A stretch of 64,000 bases of DNA from Lujinxingiaceae bacterium (GCA_013697635.1 JACCWM010000084.1:7200-71199); one strand, 5' to 3'; counted from the stretch's first letter, positions 1 through 10,693 are shown. Made by a program: numbers and translations. The notes: generated from the letters alone by a model not told the origin.

Positions 1-108
1 TGCGGACGCTCGAGAGCGTACTTGCGCAAATTCGACATGTGTCGTATTTGCTTCCGCAATTTGGCGTTGCAGGGAGATATCCCGGGCATCACCAAAGCCA
101 GCTGGTAA
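1..108 (+). CDS. rpsN: 30S ribosomal protein S14 type Z, 3' end only (gene begins upstream of window)
   Basis: Frame 1 reads [35 protein letters not shown] then TAA at 106-108. This matches the Cys-containing C-terminus of zinc-ribbon S14 and lies directly upstream of rpsH as in spc operons. Confidence 0.85.
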   Translation, partial: CGRSRAYLRKFDMCRICFRNLALQGDIPGITKASW

Positions 109-243
109 GAACCACAACGTGTCTATACGCGCCGTGATTGGGCGCGTGTGAGGCATCGATTTAGGCCCGCGCGCCGGCAGGCTCCGACATGGGTTCGGAG
201 TTGCGAGCGCGACGCGGGAACCGCTTCGATGGAGAAGTGAATC

Positions 244-645
244 ATGGCTACACTTACCGATCCAATCGCGGATCTGCTCACCCGTATTCGCAATGCCCAG
301 ATGGCCGGGCATGCCAAGGTGGTCGTCCCTGCGAGCAAAATTAAGTTCGAAATTGCCAAGATCCTTGGCAGCTATGGCTATATCGGCGAGGCCCGCTGGC
401 AAGGCGAAGGCCCGCAGGCCGTGATCGAACTCGATCTCAAGTACGACCGTCAAAACGTCGGCATGATCCGCTCAATCAAGCGGATCAGCAAGCCCTCGCG
501 CCGCGTCTACGTCAGTGTCAACGAGATTCCCAACGTGCTCAACGGGCTGGGTTTGGCCATCCTGTCGACCTCGCGTGGGATCCTTGGGGATCGGGAAGCA
601 CGCACCACCAATGTTGGTGGCGAGCTTCTTTGTACAGTGTACTGA
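244..645 (+). CDS. rpsH: 30S ribosomal protein S8
   Basis: MATLTDPIADLLTRIRNA... is the canonical S8 N-terminus. 133 aa, expected operon position. Confidence 0.97.
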   Translation: MATLTDPIADLLTRIRNAQMAGHAKVVVPASKIKFEIAKILGSYGYIGEARWQGEGPQAVIELDLKYDRQNVGMIRSIKRISKPSRRVYVSVNEIPNVLNGLGLAILSTSRGILGDREARTTNVGGELLCTVY

Positions 646-669
646 AAACTTGCTCGTTGGGAGAGAATC

Positions 670-1209
670 ATGAGTCGCATAGGTAAACAACCCATCACTG
701 TTCCCGACAAGGTCGAGATCAAGATCGATGGGAGCAAGGTATCCGTCAAAGGTCCGCTCGGCTCGCTCGAGCGCACCGTCTCCGACGTGGTCGATATCGC
801 TATCGAAGACAACCAGGTCATCATCAGCCGCCGCGACGATTCCCGCGAGGGACGCAGTCACCAGGGGCTCGTTCGCAGTCTTGTGGCCAATATGGTCGAG
901 GGCGTGGCCACGGGCTTCAAGCGCAATCTTGAGATCAACGGCGTCGGCTACCGCGCGGAAGTGCGCGGATCGTTTGTGCGCTTCGATCTCGGCTACAGCC
1001 ATCCCATCTTGTTCGAGCTTCCTGCGACGGTCAAAGTCACGATCGAGCGCCAGACACAGCTCAGCTTGCAAAGCCCTGACAAGGAATTGTTGGGTCAGGT
1101 GGCCGCGAAGATCCGAGGTTTGCGCAAGCCCGAGCCTTACAAGGGCAAGGGTGTCAAGTATTCTGACGAGGTCATTCGCCGCAAGGTCGGTAAGTCCGGC
1201 GGCAAGTAA
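670..1209 (+). CDS. rplF: 50S ribosomal protein L6
   Basis: MSRIGKQPITVPDKVEIKIDG... is typical L6. 179 aa, follows rpsH. Confidence 0.97.
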   Translation: MSRIGKQPITVPDKVEIKIDGSKVSVKGPLGSLERTVSDVVDIAIEDNQVIISRRDDSREGRSHQGLVRSLVANMVEGVATGFKRNLEINGVGYRAEVRGSFVRFDLGYSHPILFELPATVKVTIERQTQLSLQSPDKELLGQVAAKIRGLRKPEPYKGKGVKYSDEVIRRKVGKSGGK

Positions 1210-1245
1210 TAGGCAGGCGCACCGCGCTTCGAGAGGGAATTTGAG

Positions 1246-1614
1246 ATGCAGAACAAGACTGAACAACAGAGTGGCCGGCTTCGTCGCAAGCGACGCATCC
1301 GCAAGAAGATCTTCGGCGTGGTCTCCAAGCCCCGCATGTCCGTCTATCGCTCGAACAAAGCGATTTACGTGCAGGTCGTTGACGACATCTCTGGGCGCAC
1401 CCTGGCCAGCGCGTCGTCGATCGATCATGACGCTCGCGAGACCTTCAAGGGTCTGGATAAGAAGGAGCAGGCCAAGGCCGTCGGAAAGCTCCTCGCTCAG
1501 CGCGCGTTGCAAAATGGGCTCGAGGAAGTGGTTTTCGATCGCAATGGATTTATCTATCACGGCCGCGTAGCGGCTGTTGCCGAAGGTGCCCGTGAAGGCG
1601 GGCTTCGGTTCTAA
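1246..1614 (+). CDS. rplR: 50S ribosomal protein L18
   Basis: [10 protein letters not shown]...[19 protein letters not shown]...[26 protein letters not shown] is the L18 signature. Confidence 0.95.
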   Translation: MQNKTEQQSGRLRRKRRIRKKIFGVVSKPRMSVYRSNKAIYVQVVDDISGRTLASASSIDHDARETFKGLDKKEQAKAVGKLLAQRALQNGLEEVVFDRNGFIYHGRVAAVAEGAREGGLRF

Positions 1615-1626
1615 AGGAGAGTCGCT

Positions 1627-2136
1627 GTGGCAAACAACGAACGACGACGGAAAAAGGGTGTCGAGACTGATCTCAAGGATCAGGTCATCGCCATCAATCG
1701 CGTCGCAAAGGTCGTCAAGGGTGGTCGTCGCTTCAGCTTCGGCGCGATTGTCGCCGTCGGTGATGGCGAAGGGCGCGTGGGCGTCGGACATGGAAAGGCC
1801 AACGAGGTTCCCGAAGCGATTCGCAAGGGCACCGAGAAGGCAAAGCGCGCGATGATCGAGGTGCCCATCATCGATGAGACGATCCCACACGAGGTGTTGG
1901 GGCGGTTCAATTCGGGAGAGGTGCTGTTGCTGCCGGCAAGCGCCGGTACCGGCGTCATCGCTGGTGGTGCTGTGCGTGCCATCTTGGAACTTGCTGGTAT
2001 CAGCAACATTTTGTCCAAGAGCCTGGGCTCGAACAACCCGCACAACGTCGTTCACGCGACGATGCAGGCGCTGGGCCAGCTCAATGATCCGGATGCGTAC
2101 CGTCGCCGGCTCGGACAGATCAGCGAAGAAGAGTAA
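1627..2136 (+). CDS. rpsE: 30S ribosomal protein S5 (GTG start)
   Basis: [49 protein letters not shown] is the S5 dsRBD/S5 domain motif. Confidence 0.97.
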   Translation: MANNERRRKKGVETDLKDQVIAINRVAKVVKGGRRFSFGAIVAVGDGEGRVGVGHGKANEVPEAIRKGTEKAKRAMIEVPIIDETIPHEVLGRFNSGEVLLLPASAGTGVIAGGAVRAILELAGISNILSKSLGSNNPHNVVHATMQALGQLNDPDAYRRRLGQISEEE

Positions 2137-2147
2137 CTGCGGCTTGC

Positions 2148-2190
2148 TTCTCTTCTCTCGCGAATAGAGTGAAGAGAGTTGTTGTTTGTG
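2148..2190 (+). terminator. Hairpin plus T-rich tail in the unusually long rpsE-rpmD spacer (candidate attenuator or mRNA-processing element)
   Basis: ttctcttctctcgcgaatagagtgaagagag forms about 11 bp with one mismatch, followed by ttgttgtttgtg. The spacer is 115 nt. Confidence 0.35.
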
Positions 2191-2251
2191 AGTAGACGCT
2201 TGTCCCTGCGGCCGTGATCAAACGCGCTGGCTGGCGACAGAAAGGAGTTAT

Positions 2252-2437
2252 ATGGGTCGGCTTAAGGTCTCCCTGGTTCGCGGCCTCATTGGCCAAACAA
2301 AACGTCAACGTGACTCCGTTCGCGGCCTTGGTCTCAAGCGGCGCCACGATTCCGTGGTGGTGCAAGACACACCGTCGGCGCGCGGCTTGATCGGCAAAGT
2401 GTCGCATCTTGTGACCGTCGAGAAGATTGAGGATTGA
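2252..2437 (+). CDS. rpmD: 50S ribosomal protein L30
   Basis: 61 aa. [53 protein letters not shown] matches the L30 pattern. Confidence 0.9.
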   Translation: MGRLKVSLVRGLIGQTKRQRDSVRGLGLKRRHDSVVVQDTPSARGLIGKVSHLVTVEKIED

Positions 2438-2441
2438 GATT

Positions 2442-2885
2442 ATGGATTTGAGTAATTTGAGAGCACCCGCCGGCGCCACCAAGGACCGAAAGCGGGTTGG
2501 ACGTGGGCACGGCAGCGGCACGGGCAAGACGGCAGGCAAAGGTCATAAAGGCCAAAAAGCCCGCAGCGGCGGCTCGGTGCGTCCCGGTTTCGAAGGTGGT
2601 CAGACGCCTTTGCATCGACGTATCCCCAAGCTGGGCTTCATCAATCCCTTCAGCAAAGAGTATTCCATCATCAACTTGGATGACCTCGACCGGCTCTTCT
2701 CCGACGGTGACGTCGTCGACGATGCCAAACTTCGCGAGATTGGACATGTGCGGCGCAAGCTCGATGGGATCAAGGTCCTGGGCTCGGGCCAGCTCACCAA
2801 GAAGTTGACGGTCAAGGCGCACAAGTTCAGCAAGTCCGCCGTTGTGGCCATTGAAAAGGCCGGTGGCAGCGCAGAGGTCATTTAA
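2442..2885 (+). CDS. rplO: 50S ribosomal protein L15
   Basis: [44 protein letters not shown] is the L15 N-terminus. I prefer ATG 2442 to the TTG at 2427, which overlaps rpmD. Confidence 0.95.
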   Translation: MDLSNLRAPAGATKDRKRVGRGHGSGTGKTAGKGHKGQKARSGGSVRPGFEGGQTPLHRRIPKLGFINPFSKEYSIINLDDLDRLFSDGDVVDDAKLREIGHVRRKLDGIKVLGSGQLTKKLTVKAHKFSKSAVVAIEKAGGSAEVI

Positions 2886-2886
2886 C

Positions 2887-4233
2887 GTGTCTAGTAAGTT
2901 TTCAGATATCACCAAGATACCAGAGCTGCGTCGACGCATTTTGTTCACGCTGGGGCTGCTGGCCGTCTACCGTGTAGGCGTCTTCATCACCGTTCCTGGT
3001 GTCAACCGCAGTTCCATGTCGCAGATTGTCTCCGGCGGCGGCGAATTGCTCGGTCTGATGAACCTCTTTACCGGTGGCGCGCTCGAGTTGATGAGCATTT
3101 TTGCGCTCGGTATCATGCCCTACATCTCGGCCTCGATCATCTTGCAATTGATGACGGTGGTCGTACCTGCCATTGAACGACTCAAGAAAGAGGGGCAGAC
3201 GGGCCAGAAGAAGATCACCCAGTGGACGCGCTACGGCACGGTCGGCTTGGGTTTGATTCAAGGCTTCTTTATCTCGTTGTACCTCGAGAACATGCACAAC
3301 AGCAACGCCGAGCTCGGCTTGCTCGAGGAGCCGGGTTGGGGATTTCGCATCGTCACCGTCTTGACGTTGACCGCCGGAACCGTGTTCGTGATGTGGCTGG
3401 GTGAGCAGATCACCGAGCGCGGCATTGGCAACGGCATCTCCTTGATCATCACGGCCGGTATCATCGCGCAGTTTCCGACAGCCATTATCCAGACCTATGC
3501 ACAGTACGAAACCGGCGCGATGACTACCTTTACCATTTTGGTGCTTGGTGGCATTGCCCTGTTCGTCACGTGGGCTATCGTCTTCATGGAGACGGCCCAG
3601 CGGCGCATACCGTTGCAGTATTCCAAGCGGATTTTGGGCAGAAAGATCTACGGTGGACAGGCACATCACCTGCCGCTCAAGGTCAACATGGCTGGCGTCA
3701 TTCCGCCGATCTTTGCCATGTCACTGCTGATCTTTCCAACGACGATCGCGAGTTACTTTCAAGATCAGCCGATCGGGCAGTGGATCCAACAGATCCTCAT
3801 CCCGGGCGATTGGCGCTACAACTTGATTTACGTGATTCTGATCGTCTTCTTCTGTTTTTTCTATACGGCCGTACAGGTCAATCCCGTGGACATCGCCGAC
3901 AACCTCAAGCGCTCCGACGCTTATATCCCGGGTATTCGACCGGGTAAGAAGACCGCGGAGTACATCGACGAAGTTTTGAGTCGATTGACGATGGCTGGCG
4001 CGTTGTATATCTCCGCGGTGTGTGTGTTGCCCTACTTCCTCATCGACGAGCTTGGTGTCAGTTTCTACTTTGGCGGCACGAGCTTGTTGATCATCGTGGT
4101 TGTCGGACTCGATACGGTCAATCAGATAGAGAATCATCTGATCACCCGTCATTACGAGGGATTCGGCGCCAGTGGTGGAAGTCAGGGGCCAAGCCGCATC
4201 AAGGGCCGTACGCCCACGGATCTCGACGCATAG
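2887..4233 (+). CDS. secY: Preprotein translocase subunit SecY (GTG start)
   Basis: [29 protein letters not shown] plus about 10 hydrophobic segments. It sits between rplO and adk. Start taken at GTG 2887, just after the rplO stop. Confidence 0.95.
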   Translation: MSSKFSDITKIPELRRRILFTLGLLAVYRVGVFITVPGVNRSSMSQIVSGGGELLGLMNLFTGGALELMSIFALGIMPYISASIILQLMTVVVPAIERLKKEGQTGQKKITQWTRYGTVGLGLIQGFFISLYLENMHNSNAELGLLEEPGWGFRIVTVLTLTAGTVFVMWLGEQITERGIGNGISLIITAGIIAQFPTAIIQTYAQYETGAMTTFTILVLGGIALFVTWAIVFMETAQRRIPLQYSKRILGRKIYGGQAHHLPLKVNMAGVIPPIFAMSLLIFPTTIASYFQDQPIGQWIQQILIPGDWRYNLIYVILIVFFCFFYTAVQVNPVDIADNLKRSDAYIPGIRPGKKTAEYIDEVLSRLTMAGALYISAVCVLPYFLIDELGVSFYFGGTSLLIIVVVGLDTVNQIENHLITRHYEGFGASGGSQGPSRIKGRTPTDLDA

Positions 4234-4273
4234 CTTGGCACCACAGTCCGGCTAATTGTATGCACGTCTTGGG

Positions 4274-4304
4274 CAAACCCATCCCACCAGCGGGGATGGG
4301 TTTG
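4274..4304 (+). terminator. Perfect 12-bp stem-loop between secY and adk, no U-tract (candidate attenuator or stabiliser)
   Basis: caaacccatccc-accagc-ggggatgggtttg, followed by gtcgTATAATtgg (TATAAT at 4308-4313). Confidence 0.4.
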
Positions 4305-4339
4305 TCGTATAATTGGAATGTTTCAAGGGCAGGTCGGTT

Positions 4340-4981
4340 ATGGCCAAGAGAAAATTGATGATGCTCGGCCCCCCCGGGGCGGGAAAAGGCACTCAGGCCA
4401 AGCTGCTCTCCGAGAGGCTCAGCATTCCTCATGTCTCAACAGGCGACATGCTGCGTGAAGCGCGACGAAAGGGCACGCCGATGGGCCAAGAGGCGGCGCG
4501 CTACATGGATGGTGGCCAACTCGTGCCCGACGAAGTTGTCATTGGCATTGTGCGCGAGCGCCTTGCTGAAGAGGACGCGCAGGCAGGCTTTATCCTCGAC
4601 GGTTTTCCCCGCACGCGCCCACAAGCCGAGTCACTCGATGCCATGGGTATCGTGCTCGAAGCGGTGCTCAATGTCAGGGTGTCCGACGATGAGGTCGTTC
4701 GCCGCCTTGGCGGCCGGTTGAGTTGTCCGGCCTGCGGGAGAGTTTACCACGAAGCCTTCAGTCCACCGACTGTTAGCGATACTTGTGATACCTGTGGGCA
4801 CCTGGGATTGATCAAACGCGAAGATGACCGCCCTGAGGCCATCCGTGAGCGGCTCAAGGGCTACTGGGCCCAGACCAATCCTCTGGTCGAGTATTATGAG
4901 AGCAAGGGCGTGCTCGTCGATGTCGATGGCGAGCGTGAGCCGGTCGATGTCGAGCGACAAGTCGTCGATGCAGTGCAATAA
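4340..4981 (+). CDS. adk: Adenylate kinase with 4-Cys zinc lid
   Basis: MAKRKLMMLGPPGAGKGTQAKLLSERL...STGDMLR. The lid is CPACGRVYH...CDTCG. Confidence 0.97.
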   Translation: MAKRKLMMLGPPGAGKGTQAKLLSERLSIPHVSTGDMLREARRKGTPMGQEAARYMDGGQLVPDEVVIGIVRERLAEEDAQAGFILDGFPRTRPQAESLDAMGIVLEAVLNVRVSDDEVVRRLGGRLSCPACGRVYHEAFSPPTVSDTCDTCGHLGLIKREDDRPEAIRERLKGYWAQTNPLVEYYESKGVLVDVDGEREPVDVERQVVDAVQ

Positions 4982-5033
4982 GGCAATTCGCCGTCTCCAA
5001 GGAGTCGGTACGACGTAAAAAGGCAAAGCGACG

Positions 5034-5828
5034 ATGGCACGGACACGGATCGAACTCAAAAGCAGCGACGAGATTGCTGTGATGGCACGTGCCGGCGCGA
5101 TCGTCTGCGAAGTGCTCGACACGGTCGAGTCGCACGCCATGGCAGGCATTTCGACCTTTGCGTTGGATGAGATCGCCCGTGACGTCATGAGCCGCCACGG
5201 TGCGACCAGCGCGTTTTTGAATTACCCACATGATCGCGGTGGAATACCGTTTCCAGGCGTGCTCTGTACCTCGGTGAACGAGGCGATCGTCCATGGGATC
5301 CCCTCGCGCGAGCAGGTTTTGGTCACCGGTGATGTGGTGACGATCGATTTCGGATGTGTGTTCGAAGGCTTTTACGGAGACAGCGCGCGCACGATCGCTG
5401 TCGGCGAGGTCAGCCCCGAGGTGCAACACTTGCTGGAGATCACGCGCCAGGCGCTTGACGAGGCGATCGCCCAGTGCGGAGTGGATCGTCATCTCCATGA
5501 GATCGGTGCCGCCGTGGAGCGGATCGTTCGTCCCCATGGCTATGGAATCGTTGCGGAGTTTGTCGGCCACGGCATTGGCCGCAGCCTGCATGAAGATCCG
5601 CAGGTACCAAATTATGTGCCCAAAGGCTATAAAGCCTGCAGCGGGCTGCGGCTTGAGCCGGGTCTGGTCATGGCGATTGAGCCTATGGTCAATCTGGGGA
5701 CGGCGCGAACAAAGCGGCACAAAGATGGATGGACGATCATCACGGCCGACGGTTTGCCATCGGCTCATTTTGAGCACACGGTCGCAATTACCGAGGATGG
5801 CCCAATCGTCTTGACTTCGCGGACGTGA
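5034..5828 (+). CDS. map: Type I methionine aminopeptidase
   Basis: [14 protein letters not shown]...[20 protein letters not shown]...FVGHGIG...MAIEPM...EHTV. The metal ligand pattern of MetAP is present. Confidence 0.97.
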   Translation: MARTRIELKSSDEIAVMARAGAIVCEVLDTVESHAMAGISTFALDEIARDVMSRHGATSAFLNYPHDRGGIPFPGVLCTSVNEAIVHGIPSREQVLVTGDVVTIDFGCVFEGFYGDSARTIAVGEVSPEVQHLLEITRQALDEAIAQCGVDRHLHEIGAAVERIVRPHGYGIVAEFVGHGIGRSLHEDPQVPNYVPKGYKACSGLRLEPGLVMAIEPMVNLGTARTKRHKDGWTIITADGLPSAHFEHTVAITEDGPIVLTSRT

Positions 5829-5928
5829 CCATGTATTAAACGCCCCCTTGTCGCGTGCCGTTACCAAATGTGCCCGAACGCGATTGCGGGCAGCGACAGC
5901 GACTAATCGAATCAAAAGGTATGGTTTT

Positions 5929-6147
5929 ATGGCGAAAGAAGAGGCAATCGAGGTTCAGGGCAAGGTTATCGAGCCATTGCCAAACGCCATGTTTCGAGTG
6001 GAATTGGAAAACGGTCACCAGGTTCTCGCGCATATCTCTGGAAAGATGCGGATGCACTTTATCAAGATCCTGCCGGGTGACACGGTAACTGTAGAACTGT
6101 CGCCGTATGATTTGACGCGTGGCAGGATTGTGTATCGCGAGAAGTAG
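5929..6147 (+). CDS. infA: Translation initiation factor IF-1
   Basis: [70 protein letters not shown]. Start moved to the internal ATG, giving 72 aa. Confidence 0.95.
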   Translation: MAKEEAIEVQGKVIEPLPNAMFRVELENGHQVLAHISGKMRMHFIKILPGDTVTVELSPYDLTRGRIVYREK

Positions 6148-6276
6148 GAAGGCGCCCATCGGCCATGCATGCTCGTCGCGAGACGCGCTGACATGGTGGA
6201 GACGACAATTTCGTGTTAGTGACTGCTCATGTTTTCCACGCGCGCAGCAGCTGACACAACGGATAGGAGAGTGGTC

Positions 6277-6390
6277 ATGAAGGTTCGACCATCGGTCAAG
6301 AAAATGTGTGACAAGTGCAAGGTCATTCGGCGCAAGGGCGTGGTGCGCGTGATCTGCATCAATCCTCGGCACAAACAACGGCAAGGTTAA
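6277..6390 (+). CDS. rpmJ: 50S ribosomal protein L36 (not in the ORF track, below its size cutoff)
   Basis: My own translation gives [47 protein letters not shown] lies 6 nt upstream. Confidence 0.95.
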   Translation: MKVRPSVKKMCDKCKVIRRKGVVRVICINPRHKQRQG

Positions 6391-6472
6391 TTGGTCGCCT
6401 TCGGGCGATCGAAGGTCCACTCGAGCGAGTGCGACCGCGCCTGGCGACTCATAATGAACGTAGGAGATTCAC

Positions 6473-6841
6473 GTGGCACGTATTGCAGGTGTCGACTTAC
6501 CGCGAAAGAAACGCATTGATATCGCTCTGACCTATATCTATGGGATCGGACGTACGATGGCGAAAGAGATTCTCGTCAAGGCTCAGGTTGAGCCGTCAGC
6601 TCAGGCTGACGACTTGAGCGAGGCTGAGGTGCGCAGCATCCGTGAGGTCATCGAGGGCGGCTACAAGGTCGAAGGTGATCTTCGACGCGAAGTCCAGATG
6701 AACATCAAGCGCCTCAAGGATCTTGGTTGTTATCGTGGCCTGCGCCATCGCCGCAGCCTTCCCTCTCGTGGCCAGCGCACGCGTACCAACGCGCGCACTC
6801 GTCGTGGGCCGCGCCGGGCGATGGTTCGCAAGAAGCGTTGA
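6473..6841 (+). CDS. rpsM: 30S ribosomal protein S13 (GTG start)
   Basis: (V)[33 protein letters not shown] is the S13 N-terminus. Confidence 0.97.
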   Translation: MARIAGVDLPRKKRIDIALTYIYGIGRTMAKEILVKAQVEPSAQADDLSEAEVRSIREVIEGGYKVEGDLRREVQMNIKRLKDLGCYRGLRHRRSLPSRGQRTRTNARTRRGPRRAMVRKKR

Positions 6842-6937
6842 AGAAAAGCTGTCAACGGATGGCCATTTGTGGGCCGTCTTGACCGGTGGTGTACCATCGA
6901 GAAGTTGCCCGAGAGGGCGAACGGGAGATTTTGAGTC

Positions 6938-7327
6938 ATGGTTAAAGGCAAGACGAAAACAAAACGCAAGGTGCGCAAAAATGTCCCCACGGGCATCGCG
7001 CACGTTCATGCGACCTTCAATAATACCATCGTGACCCTGACGGATAGCTCCGGCAACGCGTTGTCGTGGTCGAGTGCGGGTGCGCGTGGCTTCAAGGGCT
7101 CCAAGAAGTCCACGCCTTACGCCGCTGGCATCGCTGCAGAGGATGCCGCACGCAAGGCGCAGGAGCATGGTCTCAAGACTATTTCGGTCTTTCTCAAGGG
7201 CCCGGGACCTGGGCGCGAGTCTGCGCTTCGTTCGTTGCAGTCGGCGGGTCTCAAAATCACGGCGATCCGTGACGTGACGCCGCTGCCGCATAACGGGTGC
7301 CGTCCGCCCAAGCGTCGTCGCGTCTAA
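6938..7327 (+). CDS. rpsK: 30S ribosomal protein S11
   Basis: [45 protein letters not shown]...[18 protein letters not shown]. Confidence 0.97.
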   Translation: MVKGKTKTKRKVRKNVPTGIAHVHATFNNTIVTLTDSSGNALSWSSAGARGFKGSKKSTPYAAGIAAEDAARKAQEHGLKTISVFLKGPGPGRESALRSLQSAGLKITAIRDVTPLPHNGCRPPKRRRV

Positions 7328-7443
7328 GTCAGGCTCGACGATCACCTGAGTTCGACCATCTTCCGTGAGACGAAGGCCTCTGACACACTTGGACGGCGCT
7401 CCTCTCATCGTGATCAAACAATCGTTGTGCGGAGGCATAGTAC

Positions 7444-8448
7444 ATGTACCGAAACTGGCGAGATCTCATTAAGCCTCGCGAGGTGACCATCGACCCTCGC
7501 TCGAAGACCGACACGTACGGTAAATTTGTATGTGAGCCATTTGAGCGCGGATACGGTATCACGGTGGGCAACGCTCTGCGACGCATCCTGCTCAGCAGCA
7601 TCATGGGTGCGGCCGTTACCAAGTTGCGCATCGATGGTGCTCTGCACGAGTTCACCAGCCTGCCCGAGGTCAAGGAAGACGTCACCGACATCATCCTCAA
7701 TCTCAAGGAGTTGCGTCTCAAACTCCACGGCAATGACGCCCAGGTGGTCACGATCGATGTTGAAGGCCCCTGCGTGGTCACCGGCGCCGACATTGCCACG
7801 GGTGCCTCGGTCGAAGTGCTCAACCCTGAGCACGTGATCGCGACGGTCAGTGAGAAGGGACGGCTTCGCATGGAGCTGACCGTCGAAGCTGGGCGTGGCT
7901 ACGTCGTCGCCGAGGACAACAAGGCAGAAGAAGATCCGATCGGGGTCATCCCGATCGACAGCCTTTTCAGCCCGATTCGCAAGGTGAACTACCAGATCAC
8001 CAATGCACGCGTTGCCCAGCGTACGGATTACAACCGTCTGACTCTGGAAGTCTGGACCGACGGCAGCGTGGCTCCCGAGGATGCCGTGGCTTTTGCCGCA
8101 AAGATTCTCAAGGAGCAGGTCTCAATTTTCATCAACTTCGACGAGACCGCCGAGCCGCAGGAAATCATCGAGGAGGCCGAGCCGGAGTTCAACGAGAACC
8201 TGCTCAAGCCCATCGACGAGCTCGAGCTCTCCGTGCGAAGCTTTAACTGCCTGCAGACCGCAGGTATCAAATATGTGGGCGATCTTGTCCAAAAGACCGA
8301 GGCGGAGCTGCTCAAGACCAAGAACTTTGGTCGCAAGTCGCTCAAGGAGATCAAGGAGATTCTCGAGAAGCTCGGGCTTGATCTGGGACTTCGAATCGAG
8401 AATTGGCCTCCGAAGGAACTGGAGAGGAAGACGGCCGAGGGTGGTTGA
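7444..8448 (+). CDS. rpoA: DNA-directed RNA polymerase alpha subunit
   Basis: [28 protein letters not shown]...[47 protein letters not shown] (NTD plus CTD HhH). Confidence 0.98.
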   Translation: MYRNWRDLIKPREVTIDPRSKTDTYGKFVCEPFERGYGITVGNALRRILLSSIMGAAVTKLRIDGALHEFTSLPEVKEDVTDIILNLKELRLKLHGNDAQVVTIDVEGPCVVTGADIATGASVEVLNPEHVIATVSEKGRLRMELTVEAGRGYVVAEDNKAEEDPIGVIPIDSLFSPIRKVNYQITNARVAQRTDYNRLTLEVWTDGSVAPEDAVAFAAKILKEQVSIFINFDETAEPQEIIEEAEPEFNENLLKPIDELELSVRSFNCLQTAGIKYVGDLVQKTEAELLKTKNFGRKSLKEIKEILEKLGLDLGLRIENWPPKELERKTAEGG

Positions 8449-8508
8449 TTCCCCCACGCGCCTTTGAAGCTGTAGAGCTATGTCTCGCGCAGCACAAGGA
8501 ATGAGATC

Positions 8509-8955
8509 ATGCGACATTTGAAATCCGGTCGTTCGCTTAGCCGCGATGCAGCTCACCGCAAGGCGATGCTGCAGAATCTGGCCGCGAGCCTGATCAAGTA
8601 CGAAATCATCCAGACCACCGATGCCAAGGCCAAGGAATTGCGCCGCGTCACGGATCGGTTGATCACCCTGGGCAAGCGTGGAACGTTGCATGCGCGTCGT
8701 CAGGCTTTGGCTCAGATCAATGACGCCGAGCTCATCGGCAAGTTGTTCGACGATCTGGCCAAGCGTGAGGCGATTGCCACACGTGAGGGCGGCTACACGC
8801 GCCTGATCAAGGTGGGCAACCGCCAAGGCGACAACGCACCGATCTCCAGGATCTCCTGGGTTGGCTCGACCCTTGAGAACACCGAAGCGCTTCGCTACCC
8901 GGCCCATATTCGCGAGCAGTTCGTGACCGAAGATGAGGACGAAACCGAAGCCTGA
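8509..8955 (+). CDS. rplQ: 50S ribosomal protein L17 with short acidic C-terminal tail
   Basis: MRHLKSGRSLSRDAAHRKAMLQNLAASLIKYEIIQTTDAKAKELRRVTDRLITLGK. The tail is ...TEDEDETEA. Confidence 0.95.
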   Translation: MRHLKSGRSLSRDAAHRKAMLQNLAASLIKYEIIQTTDAKAKELRRVTDRLITLGKRGTLHARRQALAQINDAELIGKLFDDLAKREAIATREGGYTRLIKVGNRQGDNAPISRISWVGSTLENTEALRYPAHIREQFVTEDEDETEA

Positions 8956-8988
8956 TTGCCGTGGCTTTCGTTAGCGTGACTTGAAAAG

Positions 8989-9024
8989 TCCCGATAGGAT
9001 CTCGATCCGTCGGGATTTTTTTTT
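8989..9024 (+). terminator. Rho-independent terminator of the ribosomal operon
   Basis: tcccgataggatctcgatccgtcggga hairpin followed by a run of 9 T, located 34 nt after the rplQ stop. Confidence 0.7.
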
Positions 9025-9070
9025 AAGTTCTTTGCTGGAAGGGATGGTGCCGCGTATGGGCCACCGACGT

Positions 9071-10693
9071 ATGACATTCAGGCGTGCGGGCAGAGCGATC
9101 GATTGGCTCAAGGTAGTGGTCTTTTGCCTGGCTGTGATCGCGGCGAGCTCTTGCACCCACGGGCGGATGATCAGCCGTGGCGATCAGCACTTTGAGAAAG
9201 GGCAATACGAAGAGGCACTTGTCGCCTATGAGGATGCTCATAGGGCTCGACCAGACTCTTTGGAAGCGACACAGCGAGTCGAAACCACGCGAGTTCGCCT
9301 CGTCGAGGTGTGGGCGGAGCGATCTCGGGCAAGCATTCGGCTCGAGAATTATCTCGAGGCCATTGATAACGCTGCGCGGGCGCTAAGTTTTTCGCCCAAC
9401 AATCCCCAGGCCCGCGCGATCGAACGCGAGGTCGTTGTGCGGATCGAAGAGCGCGCAGGCAAGGTGCTCGAAAGCGCTGACTTTGCTCAGGCCCTCAGGC
9501 TCTACGATGCGGTCTTCGAGCGCCTGGGCAATCAGGGGCAGGAGGCCCAGGAGCGGCGCGCAGAGATTCGAATCCGGTGGTCCAAAGACCTGGTAAAAAG
9601 GGCCGACGTGGCGGAGCAGGATTCGCAACCAGCCCGAGGGGTTTTGTTGTTGTCCAAGGCGTTTGCGTTGACCGCAGATCCGGAGCTTGCCAGCCGGCGC
9701 GACGCCTATCTCGACCGGGTCCGGGCAGAACGTCGCTACAAGGTGCTCGCTGTGGGTAATTCCGCCGAGGCAGGTTTTGCCTACGTCAGTGAGCGGCTGA
9801 TGCGAGAGATGATGGGTCCATTTTTCGAAGTGTATTCGCCAACGGTGGACAAGCCACAGGCCAGCCTTCGCCTGGCGGTCGGTAAGCCTCGCTTTGATAC
9901 CGATCGGCGCACGCGTACAGAGCGCGTCAACTATCAATCTGGGACGCGTCAGGCGCCAAATCCGCACTACAAGTCGCGACAAGATCGCGTTCACGACGAG
10001 GAGCGCAGAGTTCTCGAAGTCGAGCAAGAGATCACGCGCCAGCAGCAGTATGTGTCCAAGTATCAGAGCGATGTCGAGCGTGAGGGGCCGTCGCCCAATG
10101 TGTCGACCGGTGCCGAGCAAAATCTCAGCAACGCGCGAAGTAGGCTCGAGTCCGCGCAGCGGCGCGTTATCGATCAACGCCAGCAACTGCAGCGCGCTCG
10201 CGACGATCTGAACAATAGTCCGCAGTTTGTCGAAGAGGCGGTTTACTCCGATCACACCTACACGGTGACAACGCATACCTTGCGCGCTGCGGCTTCGTTA
10301 CATGGCGAGCTGACCCACCGAGACGGACGCGCTGCGATTCCGCTTGATGCACAATTGCAAGTGGAGGCAAGCGACGACGAGTATGCCGCGCAGCCCGTCA
10401 TCAACCTCGCTGAGCGACGACTCGAACTACCGAGCGCACAGGCGCTGACGCCTCGCCTCTACGAGCAGGCCTACAGGCGCAGCTATGATGCGCTCGCCCA
10501 CAGTTTTGAGCAACATCGGCTAGAGTTGTTCGATAGGGCAAAGAACACCACGGCCAGCGATCAACGCAGCGAGCTCTACGTGATCTATATGTTGATGGAT
10601 CTGGGCTCGATCGAGCCGTCTGCATCGATCGCGCTTGCAGCGCTCGAGGGAATTCCTGACAGTGTCGCGGTATTAACGCAGCTCGCTCGCTGA
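9071..10693 (+). CDS. Lipoprotein with TPR-like N-terminal region and Arg/Gln-rich coiled coil (function unknown)
   Basis: Signal/lipobox MTFRRAGRAIDWLKVVVFCLAVIAASSC. The track start at 8981 would include the rplQ terminator, so a later Met is used (9044, 9056 or 9071 are possible). Confidence 0.6.
   Translation: MTFRRAGRAIDWLKVVVFCLAVIAASSCTHGRMISRGDQHFEKGQYEEALVAYEDAHRARPDSLEATQRVETTRVRLVEVWAERSRASIRLENYLEAIDNAARALSFSPNNPQARAIEREVVVRIEERAGKVLESADFAQALRLYDAVFERLGNQGQEAQERRAEIRIRWSKDLVKRADVAEQDSQPARGVLLLSKAFALTADPELASRRDAYLDRVRAERRYKVLAVGNSAEAGFAYVSERLMREMMGPFFEVYSPTVDKPQASLRLAVGKPRFDTDRRTRTERVNYQSGTRQAPNPHYKSRQDRVHDEERRVLEVEQEITRQQQYVSKYQSDVEREGPSPNVSTGAEQNLSNARSRLESAQRRVIDQRQQLQRARDDLNNSPQFVEEAVYSDHTYTVTTHTLRAAASLHGELTHRDGRAAIPLDAQLQVEASDDEYAAQPVINLAERRLELPSAQALTPRLYEQAYRRSYDALAHSFEQHRLELFDRAKNTTASDQRSELYVIYMLMDLGSIEPSASIALAALEGIPDSVAVLTQLAR

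Noticed and set aside
472-2055. 527-aa minus-strand ORF, plus other long ORFs across the ribosomal operon (for example 728-1570 on the plus strand in an alternative frame, 2334-2948 and 2902-3669 on the minus strand)
   Set aside because: These lie antisense to, or out of frame with, highly conserved ribosomal protein and secY genes. Their composition is Arg/Ala/Gly/Asp-rich, typical of non-coding frames in GC-rich DNA. No recognisable motifs.
6474-6489. TGGCACGTATTGCA, which looks like a sigma-54 promoter
   Set aside because: The spacing between GG and GC is too short (N3 instead of N5 between TGGCAC and TTGC). It is also the first codons of rpsM (VARIAG). A TGGCAC at 36614 likewise lacks a correctly spaced TTGC.
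8981-9070. Track start codon of the 570-aa ORF
   Set aside because: That N-terminal extension would be translated through the rplQ terminator hairpin and T9 run. A downstream Met gives a canonical lipoprotein signal peptide.
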